Assembly: GCF_016433145.1 (NCBI RefSeq)
Contig: NC_058130.1
Coordinates: 183,516,172-183,549,171 of the forward strand
DNA from: Gracilinanus agilis
Taxonomy: Eukaryota
Length of the DNA: 33,000 nt
Direction: 5' to 3'
A model generated the notes under the pieces. That model did no database searches. It was not told where the DNA came from and was given only the letters and a program-made list of their open reading frames with translations. Below, in pieces: positions 22,936 to 33,000 of the stretch. How positions within the stretch are numbered: the first letter of the stretch is position 1; every line of letters starts with the position of its first letter. The position numbers were made by a program, and so were the translations under genes.

Positions 22936-23219
22936 TGTAATAATAGTTATTAAATGTTGGTAGATAATATTTTGCATTTGTAGAATACTTGAATGCTAAC
23001 AAGAATCTAGCATGAACATCTAATTTTATTTTCAGTTTTTTGACATGAATCAGGCAAGTGTCACTCCTATTCTAAAGATGATGATAATGTGCAAGCAGAT
23101 TTCATATAAAGGACAAAGGATGAAGGTAAGCTAAAAACACCATGGTTCACAAATTCACAATACTGAGATCTTTTGCTATGAAATATATGTGATTTTTCTC
23201 TTGAGCTAACAAGTTTTAA

Positions 23220-23420
23220 GTAGCAACAAGAGGAAGCGGACTGGATTTGGAGACAGAAAAAAAAAAATGGATTAAAATCTCAGCTTTGCAACTCCCTGCC
23301 AATGTGATCTTGGGCAAGTAACTTCAACCTTCTGAGTCCCAATTTTCTAATTGTTTAAAATTAGATAGTCAATTGAGAATTCTAAGATAACTTCCATCTC
23401 TAAATCCTATAATTCTTTGG
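23220..23420 (+). mobile_element. MIR fragment
   Basis: atgtgatcttgggcaagtaacttcaaccttctgagtcccaattttct. Confidence 0.6.
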
Positions 23421-24677
23421 GATCCTAACAATCAAGAGATAAGGTAAAAAATACATTTTTATGTCTTTAAAAAAGAAAAAAAAAGATGTTTAAAAAATTC
23501 CATATATCAATCCCCAACACAGCATTTTGAAAAATGGGTCATCTACTACATAATTAAGTTCTTTCATTTATAAAGAAAGAGGTGATTCTCAGAGAGGTGA
23601 GGACTAGATAAAGCACTCCTTTTATGGGATTATTTGTTGTCTAAATTTAGTTGCAGCCAAATCAATAACCCATTGTTTCTATGGCCTATCTACTGGGACA
23701 AGGAAATAGCTTTGTTATATAAAACCTCTGTAATGATATGCTTGTAATGGGATTTTACCCAGAGTTTTCAAATATCATGCAGCTGCCAATATTCCATTTT
23801 AATTAGCCCCATTTCTATTTCTCTTTATCATACTCACCCCCCATTTCCATTCTAGAGCTCTCTATATCACTAAACTATAACAATATAAGATTACAGAATG
23901 TGATTCTGGAGATAGACACTAAAGATAATCCATATTAATTCTCTTAATATATGTACATTTATATGTAATATATACACACACACACATATATATGTATAAA
24001 ATATTTTTGGAAACTATAGCAAAAATGTTGTGAGTTCCCCATGGTCAAACTAGTAGCAGAACTGTAAATAAACTGAATACTTCTCCAATCCAACCCTTAT
24101 CCTTCCTTCCCCTCAAAAAATCAACACATACTATGTGGAAATCTTAATAAAGGTTAATTACAAAAAAGAAGTAATAGATGTGAAATATCTCACTAAGTAA
24201 AATATCTCACTGATTCTCATTAGGCTCATCTTGATTTCTTCTGGTTCCAAAAAATCCTATCACTGCTTAAGAATCATGAATGGTTTTCTGTAGGTTATTA
24301 GATTAGATTCATCTGCTTACTATTTAAGGTCCTCCCAAATGGACTTACCTTATGTGTTCAAATTTGTATTTCATAATTACTCAACTCTGGACCCACTGTT
24401 CATGACAGATTAGCTTCATACGTTACTACCACTGCTTCACTCATATATCTCATGCTAATTCCATCCTCTGGCTTGTTCATATTGTTCCCCACATCTGGAT
24501 GCCCTCTCTTATGGCTTTAAGTTTTACATTTCCTTTAAAACCAAGTTTAACTTTCCACACAAATAAAACTAGATCTAAACAACTGGAAAAACATTACTTG
24601 CTCATGGGTAAGATGAGCTAATATAATAAAAATGATAATCTTACCTGAATTAATTTACTTATTCAGTGCCATACCTA

Positions 24678-25429
24678 TCTTATGGGTAACTTTAATATTA
24701 CTGGGTTTAGAGAAAGGAGAGAAAGAGGACTGATTGGACAGGGAATATCAGACTGAAACCTAACAAGCTGGAGAAACACAAATCACACCAAAATACAAGG
24801 AATGGGAAATCATGGATTGGCAATTGATACCAACTGCCACCACAGATCCACCTAGCCTGGGAGTCTATGAAACCAACAAATAACAATAATACTGGGACAA
24901 AAGATTTATAAACACAGGTTTAATAAAGACTATAGGAGTTAGGGATAATGGGGAAAGGTCACACTTAATCTAAAACACTATGGATCAAATCAGGGTTAAA
25001 AGTTAAAGATCTGGGTAATCCTTACACTACACTAAACAGGCAGCCAAGACACAAGGGACAAATGGGATCTCACATAGATGATCCGATGGTCTTGATCAGA
25101 TGGTCTTGATCAGTAGTAGTCCAAGTATATTCCAAGAGCACAGGAACCAGTCAAATAATTCTTCATAGAAATCAGGGAGACTGACCTTGCTTGTCCACCA
25201 AGCAAGACAGTATTCTCCAACTGTACTCCTTGATCCTGCTAGTTGAGAGGTCCCAGATGTTGCTTAGAGATACCCAAAATCCACAGGTCTTTCAGATCAG
25301 TGGTTTCCCAACTCCTTCAAAACCCCAACTGCCTTTAGAGAGAGTCCACTGTGTTCCAGGATATAATCTCAGATCCTGCCTGCCTGTCTAAACTTCCAAA
25401 TCTGCTTTAAAACCTATTTACCTCTTACA
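24678..25429. mobile_element. ERV1-type solo LTR, family B (752 bp), inside L1 ORF2
   Basis: Termini t(c)ttat...ttaca, 4-bp TSD ccta (24674-24677 and 25430-25433). L1 reading ...SAIP/IK... is interrupted exactly here. Confidence 0.88.
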
Positions 25430-26867
25430 CCTATCAAAATACAAAAAAAAACTACCTTATAGAATTATAAAAAAAATAATAAAATTCATCTAGAAGAACA
25501 AAAGATCAAGAATATCAAGGGAAATAATAAAAAAATGTGAAGGATGGTGGCCTAGCAGTACCAGATCTTAAACTGTACTATAAAGCAGTGATCATCAAAA
25601 TGACCTGGTACTGGTTAAGAGATAGAATGGTGGATCAATGGAATAGACTTGGGGTAAATGACCTCAGTAATCTACTGTTCAATAAACCCAAAGATCCAAG
25701 CTTTGGGGATAAGAACCCACTATTTGACAAAAATTGCTAGGAAAATTAGAAAACAGTATGGCAAAAATTAGGTTTAGATCGATATCTCACACCCTATACC
25801 AAAATAAGTTCAAAATGGGTATATGATTTAAACATAAAGAGGCCTATTATAAATAAATTAGGTGAACTTGGAATAGTATAGCTGTCAGATCTTTGGGGAA
25901 AGGAAGAATTTAAGACCAAGCAAGAGATAGAGAACATTACAAGATGCAAAATGAATCATTTTGATTATATTAAATTTAAAAATTTTTGTACAAACAAAAC
26001 CAATGCAACCAAAATTAGAACAGAAACAAATCGGGAAAAAAATTTTATAATAAAATTATCTGACAAAGGTCTGATTTCTCAAATATACAAAGAGCTAAGT
26101 CAAATATATAAGAAATAAAATAATTCCCTAATTGATAAATGGTCAAAGGATATGAATAGGCAGTTTTCAGATAAAGAAATCAAAATGATCAATAATCACA
26201 TGAAAAAATGTTCTAAATCCCTCCTGATTAGAGAAATGCAAATCAAAACAACTCTGAGGTATCACCTTACACCTAGCAGAGTGACTAATATGACGGTAAA
26301 AGAAAATAATAATGTTAGAGGGAATGTGGCAAAATTGGGACACTAATGCCTTGCTGGTGTTGTGAACTGATCCAACCATTCTGGAAGACAATTTGGAATT
26401 ATGCCCAAAGGGTTTTAAAAGAATGCATGCCCTTTGATCCAGCAATACTGCTACTAGGTTTGTATCTCAAAGAGATAAGAAAAAAATGGGAAAGGATCTG
26501 TTTGTACATAAATATATATAGCTGTGGTTTTTTGTGGTAGCAAAAAATTGGAAAATGAGATGTTCTTCAATTGGCGAATGGCTGAACAAATTGTGACATA
26601 TGATGGTGATAGAATACTATTGTGCTATAAGGAATGATGAATTGATGGATTTCCATAAGAACTGGAAAGACCTACATGAACTTATATGGAATTAAAACAA
26701 GCAGAACCAAGAGAACATAATACCCAGTAACTGAAACATTGTGGAGCAATCAAATGTAATGGACTTTACTACTAAAAGCAATGAATGCAATGATGCAGGG
26801 CAATGCTGAGGAACTCATGAGAAAGAACACTATCCACACCTAAAAAAAGAAAAAGAAATGTGGGAGT

Positions 26868-27748
26868 TGTTATATTGAATCTCTGGGAGCTAGGAGTTCA
26901 CACTGTGATTGACAGGTGGATCAGTTGGATGTCGGAATGTTCCCAGAGAGGCATGCAGACAGGAGAGGGCAGTTGGCGTGGGGTGAGAGGTAATAAAACC
27001 ACCCTGGTAGCCCTGGCAGAGGTTCTTGGTTCTGACCTTTCCCTGAAACTGGAGATCAGTGGATCCTGGTCTTTGTGGGATTGAGACTTGCAAACTCAAC
27101 CCTGTAAGCTCCTCCTGTTTGTTCCTGTGCCATCAACAACCTGTACCAGACCACCATGTCTGATTCTTCTGCCCCTAGAAATTAGGAAACTCATCATCTT
27201 AGTTATCTAGGTTTCCCAGGGCCCAGGAGGGATCCTGGAAGTGAGCAGGAGAAGAAGAAGAGGGTGGAAGGGGTGGAAGGCTTAACATCTAGTGAAGAAG
27301 AAGCTGAAAGATTATACAGCAATTTGCCTGCTCTGGTGTGGCCCTGGCCAGGCTGTACCAGAGAGAAGCTAATCATCTTAATTCCTTTCACTTGCCTACA
27401 GTTTAAAGATTCATCAGTATCATTTTAAATTAGGGTCTCCCAATACCTCCATCCAAACCCATCATCCTCCTTTGTTAAATACAACCAAACTTTTAAAGTA
27501 CCTTCCTGAAGTGGTTATTCAAAGCTTCTTTGGGTAGGGAGAAACGCAGTCAGATTCCAACGTTACCCAGCTAAAGAGCCCATTAAATAATATCAATTAA
27601 CCCCAGGTGGGTCCTGAAGGGATATCATCCATTGACCTAAAGGATCCTGCCTGGGCAACTGTTATAAAGGAGAGAGATGTCATCTCATCCTCTCTATACT
27701 CCATCTACATCGACATCTAATAGAGAGTAGTAGTCTTTTATTATAACA
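26868..27748. mobile_element. ERV1-type solo LTR, family A copy 2 (881 bp), inverted relative to copy 1
   Basis: tgttata...tataaca termini, perfect TSD gagt (26864-26867 and 27749-27752), inserted in the L1 3' UTR. Confidence 0.9.
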
Positions 27749-27954
27749 GAGTAGAAATCCAGAAGAAAACATTATCACTTATTTATATAGATATATGATT
27801 TGGGGTTTTGGTTTTAAAAGATTACTCTATTACAAAAATGAATAATATGGAAGTGGGTTTTGAGTGATAATATATGTATAACCCAGTGGAATAGCTTGTC
27901 AACTCCAGGAGTGGGGAGGGAAGAGGGGAGGGAGACAATAAGAATCATGTAACT

Positions 27955-28958
27955 GGGGACAGCTGGGTGACTCAGTGGATTGAGCTCCAGGCCTCAAGAT
28001 GGAAGGTCCTAAGTTCAAATCTGATCTTAGACACTTCCTGGCTGTGTGACACTGGACAAGCCACTTAACCCCCATTGCCTAGAGTTATAGGAAAATTATA
28101 GATTAGGATATATTATAGTTAGTGCAAAAGCAGACCAGACAACAGCTGACAGAACTGAACATTCCAAACCTGGAATGCTGGGTGGGGGGGGGGGGGGGAT
28201 TTTCACAGTGACTCTCTCTAATGGCAGTTGGCTTTTGGGGAGTTGGGAGTTTAGCAATTGAATGAAGAGCCTGTGGATTTTGGGTTATCTCTGTGCCCAG
28301 GGGAAGTATATACAAGATCATCTATCAAGCCCAAGAAGTTCAGGTTGAGATTAGAGTGTTATCTTGTATGGTGAACATACAGATATATCTTTCTCCCTGA
28401 CTTCCCCAGTGGATTTACTTGGCTGTTTACCTGGAGTCTCCTGAAACCTGATCCAGCTTGAAAACTATCCAATGGTTTCATCCATTCTCCATGAGATTCC
28501 CAGTAACTCCTGCCTTATCAGCCCTGCCTAAGCTGGCTGCTTGTAGTTAGTGTTAGAGAAGCCATTTCCCCTAACATTCTCTTGGCAGTTACCCATAGAC
28601 ATTAGTGTCAGTTGATCCTCTTACCTTCCTTTCCTACCCTTGATAATTATTAAAACCCTTTTCTATAAACTTCCTTGACTTCTTCCCAGATTATAAGAAC
28701 CCACTGTTAAATTAACCTGTTTCCCTTGCTATGTTTGGGTTTTGTTATTTTGTTATTTCCCCAGCTAAGCTTGTGATAGTTTGTTACCTATTCCAAGTCA
28801 GTGAGGGACTAATTTTAACCCAGCTATACTTGTGTTTACCCTTCTAATCCCCTACCTATATTCCCAGTTACTTATTTCACTAGCCCTTACTGCTCTTCTG
28901 ACTTAGAACCAACACACAGTAGTGATTCTAAGACAGAAGATAAGGGTTGTGGTTTTTT
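27955..28958 (+). mobile_element. SINE1_Mdo/Mar3-type SINE in the L1 3' end, split by an LTR
   Basis: Head ggggacagctgggtgactcagtgg to cccattgcctag (28082), resumes as ctagcccttactgctcttc (28880). Degenerate 12-bp TSD aatcatgtaact/aatcatataatt. Confidence 0.85.
28083..28879. mobile_element. ERV1-type solo LTR, family C (797 bp), inside the SINE
   Basis: Termini (a)gttata...tttca, perfect 4-bp TSD ctag (28079-28082 and 28880-28883). Removing it restores a contiguous SINE. Confidence 0.88.
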
Positions 28959-29060
28959 AATCATATAATTATGGAAAAAAATTAAAAAAAATAAAACCTA
29001 AAAAATAAATAATAAAGTTTAATATATGCCCTCCCTTATGATCTTAAGTACTTTTCCTTT

Positions 29061-29270
29061 ATTTATTTATTTTTTTAAACCCTTACCTTCTATCTTAGAA
29101 TCAATACTATGTATTGGTTCTAAGCCAGAAGAACAGTAAGGGCTAGGCAATGGAGGTTAAGTGACTTGTCCAGGGTCACACAGCTAGGAAGTGTCTGAGG
29201 TCAGATTTGAACCTAGGACCTCCCGTCTCTAAGCCTGGTTCTCAATCCACTGAGCCACCCAGCTGCCACC
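29061..29270 (-). mobile_element. SINE1_Mdo/Mar3-type SINE
   Basis: Full antisense SINE with (ATTT)n tail, TSD tacttttccttt/tatatttccttt. Confidence 0.9.
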
Positions 29271-29439
29271 TATATTTCCTTTAAAACTAAGTTTAATAAT
29301 AATTAATAAAACCAAGTTTAAAAACATGGAGTTTTTAACGAAAACTCCATGAAGTCATCCCTAAACTAATGCCATAAAAGCTCTTCTCTTCTGTAAATAA
29401 CTAAAGCACCCTGGTTCATAACATATAGTCTAGCACTAG

Positions 29440-29600
29440 ATAATATTGCCTTTTGTTACTGCCTGTGTGTTTCATTGTCATCATAATTTGTCCTTCTAAC
29501 AGAGTGCAGTCCCTTTAGGGAAGGGATTGCCTCTTCTACTCATATCTCCAAGAGGACCAAACACTGCTTACCACACACTGGGCACTTAAATACTTGCTCA
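29440..29600 (+). mobile_element. L2 3' end
   Basis: gtgcagtccctttagggaagggattgcc...aaacactgcttaccacacactgggcacttaaatacttgctcactga. Confidence 0.6.
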
Positions 29601-29670
29601 CTGACTATTTTCTTGGCTGAGTAGGATCACAGTGTCACAAACACTTGGAGAACTTGTTACATGGTTGTTG

Positions 29671-29678
29671 TGACGTCA
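29671..29678. promoter_or_regulatory. Perfect CRE palindrome TGACGTCA
   Basis: Exact CREB/ATF/CREM site in apparently non-repeat DNA. Function not shown. Confidence 0.35.
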
Positions 29679-30451
29679 CTCAACTCAACAGAATTGGGAA
29701 GTAAAGTGCACTAGGATAAGATATACACTCCAGAAGTATATCTGGTTGAATGCAGCTGAGAAACATAGTTATTTATATTCCCTACTATGCTACTACTGTC
29801 ACAATTAGAGCCCAGGAAAATTCTCCTTGAATACAACTGAAAGGCTCATTAGTCAAGTTTTTCACTGTCATCAGGTTCATCATAATTTTTTCTAAAGAAT
29901 TTTCTCAAGTGTGAGGCAAACCAAATGCATATAATTGTATGTTTATATGCATTTGGTATATGTATGTGTATGTGTGTGATATGACCAGCACCTCAAGATC
30001 ATAGCAATTCACAGGCACTATAGTATTATCAATTGGTCAAATGACATAAAATAATCATTATTAAACTTAAAGGTTCCCTTCATTTTCAATCACAGGAAAA
30101 TGTGATAGTAAAAAAAATGAAATGCATATTATAAATATTTTCCATTAACATACAGCTAGCTGCAGACAAGAATTTCAAAGACTACATAATATTTTCATTT
30201 TCCACCTAATTAAGTGTAGAGATTTCACTATTTCAATACCTTTTAAAAGGAGGAAGGGGAAATAACTCTAAACAGACATTGGCTAATGAGTGACTATCTT
30301 CTTAAATATGCTTTGCTTAGAAAAAAAGTAATTTACATGCATGAGAAAGAAAATACTTCCCTTCTTTTGTATTCAATACATAAAGAACCATAATTATGAA
30401 TGATAATCTACAGGCAATTACATTATATACATATACAAATTTCCACTGATT

Positions 30452-30476
30452 TACACACACACACACACACACACAT
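30452..30476. repeat. (CA)n microsatellite
   Basis: ttacacacacacacacacacacacatatca. Confidence 0.9.
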
Positions 30477-30589
30477 ATCATGGGACTTTAGAATAGAAAA
30501 GAAATCTAATTTGACTTTCAGCTTACAGATAAGAACAGTGAAAGGCCAAAAAGTTAAAGATTTTCCTCTGACAACTAGCTAATTAATGG

Positions 30590-30838
30590 TAGTTACTGTT
30601 TAGTCTTTTTTCAGTCCATCTGACTCTTCAAGGTCCTGTTTGGGGTTTTCTTGGCAAACATTCTGGAGTGGTTTTGCTATTTCTTTTCCAGCTTATTTTT
30701 AAATGAAGAAACTAAGGCAAATGGGGTAACTGGCTTGCTCAGGGTCATACAACTAGTAAGTGTCTGAGGCCAGATTTGAACTCAGGCTATCCAGACTTCA
30801 GGACCAAGCCTCTATCCCTTGTGTCACCTAGATGCCCT
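30590..30838 (-). mobile_element. Mar1 CORE-SINE with RTE/BovB-like tail
   Basis: ttcagtccatctgactcttc...tttggggttttcttggcaaac..ctggagtggttttgctatttcttttccagc...gtgtctgaggccagatttgaactcagg. Confidence 0.85.
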
Positions 30839-31084
30839 ATTTAATGGAAGAGCAGTCTTAAAACCTATGACTCTTTTAGTGTTCATTCCACTATACTATA
30901 TTGTCTCCCTTCCCTATTCCTTATGATCATGAGAGGAAAAAGTCAATGATTTGAATACCTACTTATATATTGCATATTGTATATCCTGTAATCTAAATCT
31001 ACTTATTTATCTAACACCCAAAGAATCAGAAAGATTAATTTATGAAATTACTTTTCAGTAGGAAATCATAATTTACAACTAAAA

Positions 31085-31230
31085 AGGTTCTGCAAAGTCA
31101 CTTAATTTAATTTCATTTTACAGATGAGGAAATTGAGATGTTAAGTGACTTGCCCAAGATCACACAAGTAATAAGATGAACTCTGTCAGAACTGGTCTGG
31201 CACAGTAAAGCTAGATCTTCTGTCTCTAGA
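31085..31230 (-). mobile_element. MIR fragment
   Basis: tttcattttacagatgaggaaattgag..gttaagtgacttgcccaagatcacacaagtaataag. Confidence 0.75.
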
Positions 31231-31869
31231 GCCAGTCCCACCCCAATCCATGCCCACTTTTTTTTTAAACTACATCACATACCACATAATATGACCAAAA
31301 GATCATACAAGTCTCTGAAGTGACTTCTGAATCACAAATAGAAAAACTATGGTAAATAAAGTTTCATGCTAATTACATTTCAGTATAATTATCATTTTTT
31401 TAAATGGCGACCCATGAATGTTCCATAAAATAGAGCACTTCAGTTTCTAAATATTCTCGACAAATATTGCTGCTTATACTTAAAAGTCTTTTCCCCTCTT
31501 AACATTGAATAACTGAATCATAAACTAATGTCTCATTATGTATAAACAGATTAAATTTTTGGTCATGTTACAGAGGTTCAGTGGTATTGTTCTATAAAAA
31601 GTTTCTATCCAAGAGTACTTTATAGCTATAATGGCTATTTATCTGTTCTCCCCTCCTTTACCTTGCTTCTTCAAAGCAAATTATTTCCTTTGAGGCTCAT
31701 TTTTCTTCATATCTTCTTAGTGCTAAGGACTTGACAATAAGAGTCAGAATTTGAACCTTGAAATCTCTAGAGCATAACAGTTTTCTCTGAGTTTCTGGTA
31801 TTATGAAATATCATCAATTCAAGTAATTACTGATAATATTTTAATGCACATAGGTGCATGCACACCCAC

Positions 31870-32075
31870 CACTTCAAAGTTTGTTTGCGAAGGGTTTCAT
31901 AAACATTATCACATTTGATCCTCTTAATAACCCTATGATAGAAAGTAATGAAAATATCATCCCCAGTTTAAAAATGACAAAACTAGTTCAGAGAAGTTAA
32001 ACTGTATATCTAATAAGTGGCAAAGCATGGATTCTAATCCAAATCATGAGACTCTAAACCCAGTATATTTTTCAC
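31870..32075 (-). mobile_element. MIR fragment
   Basis: attatcacatttgatcctcttaataaccctatg...tcatccccagttt...ggattctaatccaaatc...gactctaaacccagta. Confidence 0.6.
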
Positions 32076-33000
32076 TATATTGCTATTGGAATTGTACCCA
32101 TCTCAGCTCCAGAGACTGATAACTATTTTAACATCCCAGGCAAAGTACCTAAAGCTTCAACACAGTTCTATATTATGACATTATGTTGATGAAGAAATAT
32201 TTATGATTTTCATTTTTATTGGGTTTCTATATATACAGATATATAGAATTCCTTCTGAGAAAGATTGTATTTTTTCTTTTAACTGATTGTATCACTAAAG
32301 AACCTTGCCCTTCATCAGACCATGTATTTCAATTCATACTATGATTCCTGATTCCTTCATCGATACTCAACATCTTTCACATTCATAAAAATTCAGAGTA
32401 CAGGAAGACTTGCCAATGCCTCTCTTGTTCACCTTGCCTTTATTCTATCCAAATCAATTTGAGTTGACATGTTGAAGTATTGGGGTTCATTCAATATTCT
32501 GGACAGTAGGTTTGAGTCTTTCTACTTTGAACAAATTATTTCTTGTTCGAATTAACTACAAAACTTCCTTATAATAAACTCTAGGGAATGAGTTTTTTTC
32601 TCATTATTCGGTTAGAGAAGAGTCTTTTTCTTTTTTAAAATTTTCATTTAACCTTACTTAATTCGATAATCTTCTAGGCTACCATACATATAACTAAGGT
32701 GAGATAGAAAAGAAGAACTAAAGAAGACCTTTTTTTCTATTTTTTCTTCCACTTTTTTCTTTTTTGCATTTTTCCCTCATTCATAACAGGCAACAAATAA
32801 ACAACCAAATAAACTAATTATGACTCAAGGGAACTCCTAAGGGAAATAAAGGACAAAGATAGGAAGAATGAGCAAGAGTTAAGAGTGGGGCCATAATAAA
32901 AGAATGGAAAAAATTGTTCTTTTTTCTTCAAGAAGAAGGATGCCTCTAACTGATATTTATATAGTATTAAAAAATTTTTAATGTTTTACAAAGATTATCC

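Larger units (their letters stand above)
24551..29020 (+). mobile_element. 5'-truncated L1 (ORF2 3' part, 3' UTR, A-tail) carrying four nested insertions
   Basis: QIKLDLNNWK..CSW..KM..LP.LIYLFSAIP at 24560-24677 resumes at 25430. ORF2 fragments 25537-25740 (GGLAVPDLKLYYKA), 26152-26346 and 26346-26540. 3' UTR pieces at 27749-27954 and 28959-29020. Confidence 0.92.

Noticed and set aside
24349-24380. Perfect minus-strand donor AAG/gtaagt preceded by ATG (MKYKFEHI)
   Set aside because: No good acceptor or promoter context, and its phase does not fit the nearest candidate exon.
28181-28199. G-run inside LTR-C as a functional G-quadruplex
   Set aside because: Simple homopolymer expansion within a repeat. 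Length is unreliable and there is no supporting context.
30154-30159. Possible 6-nt minus-strand microexon CTAGCT between cttgtctgcag and gtatgt
   Set aside because: Weak donor context and no independent support. Cannot be distinguished from chance without junction reads.
573-30582. Most ORFs in the supplied track as standalone genes
   Set aside because: They are 60-113 aa, low-complexity or antisense to L1/RTE/LTR sequence, with no recognisable domains. Only the L1 ORF2 pieces, the RTE RT piece and part of 4175-4441 are supported.
31390-32520. Short protein-like minus-strand frames (NICREYLETEVLYFMEHSW; ILNEPQYFNMSTQIDLDRIKA)
   Set aside because: They lack a convincing pair of splice sites, and I recognise no homology.
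1-33000. CRISPR arrays, operons, rRNA or other prokaryote-type systems, CpG-island promoter
   Set aside because: The sequence is mammalian repeat-rich DNA. There is no regularly spaced repeat-spacer array, rRNA-like segment or CpG island.

Overview
AT-rich, strongly CpG-depleted marsupial genomic DNA. The SINE1_Mdo/Mar3-type SINEs, Mar1, RTE and opossum-type L1 point to a didelphid, most likely Monodelphis domestica (inference from remembered repeat consensus sequences). Most of the window is transposon-derived: L2, MIR and other CORE-SINEs, a ~1.7 kb RTE LINE, two 5'-truncated L1s, five ERV1-type solo LTRs with 4-bp TSDs, and three young hAT MITEs. The ORF track misses the main gene-like signal: three phase-compatible minus-strand exons (6230-6157, 4362-4217, 3300-3205) encoding a hydrophobic two-helix protein C-terminus, followed by a ~0.95 kb 3' UTR and AATAAA plus GU-rich element near 2280. 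I could not name this gene. Weaker signals are a phase-compatible set of plus-strand exon candidates, a deeply nested L1/LTR/SINE stack at 24.5-29.3 kb with an unusual duplicated junction, and a possible decayed coding relic at 20.8-21.2 kb. I see no convincing evidence of a new multi-gene biological system. Boundaries of old repeats (L2, MIR) are approximate and family names are from memory, not from a search.
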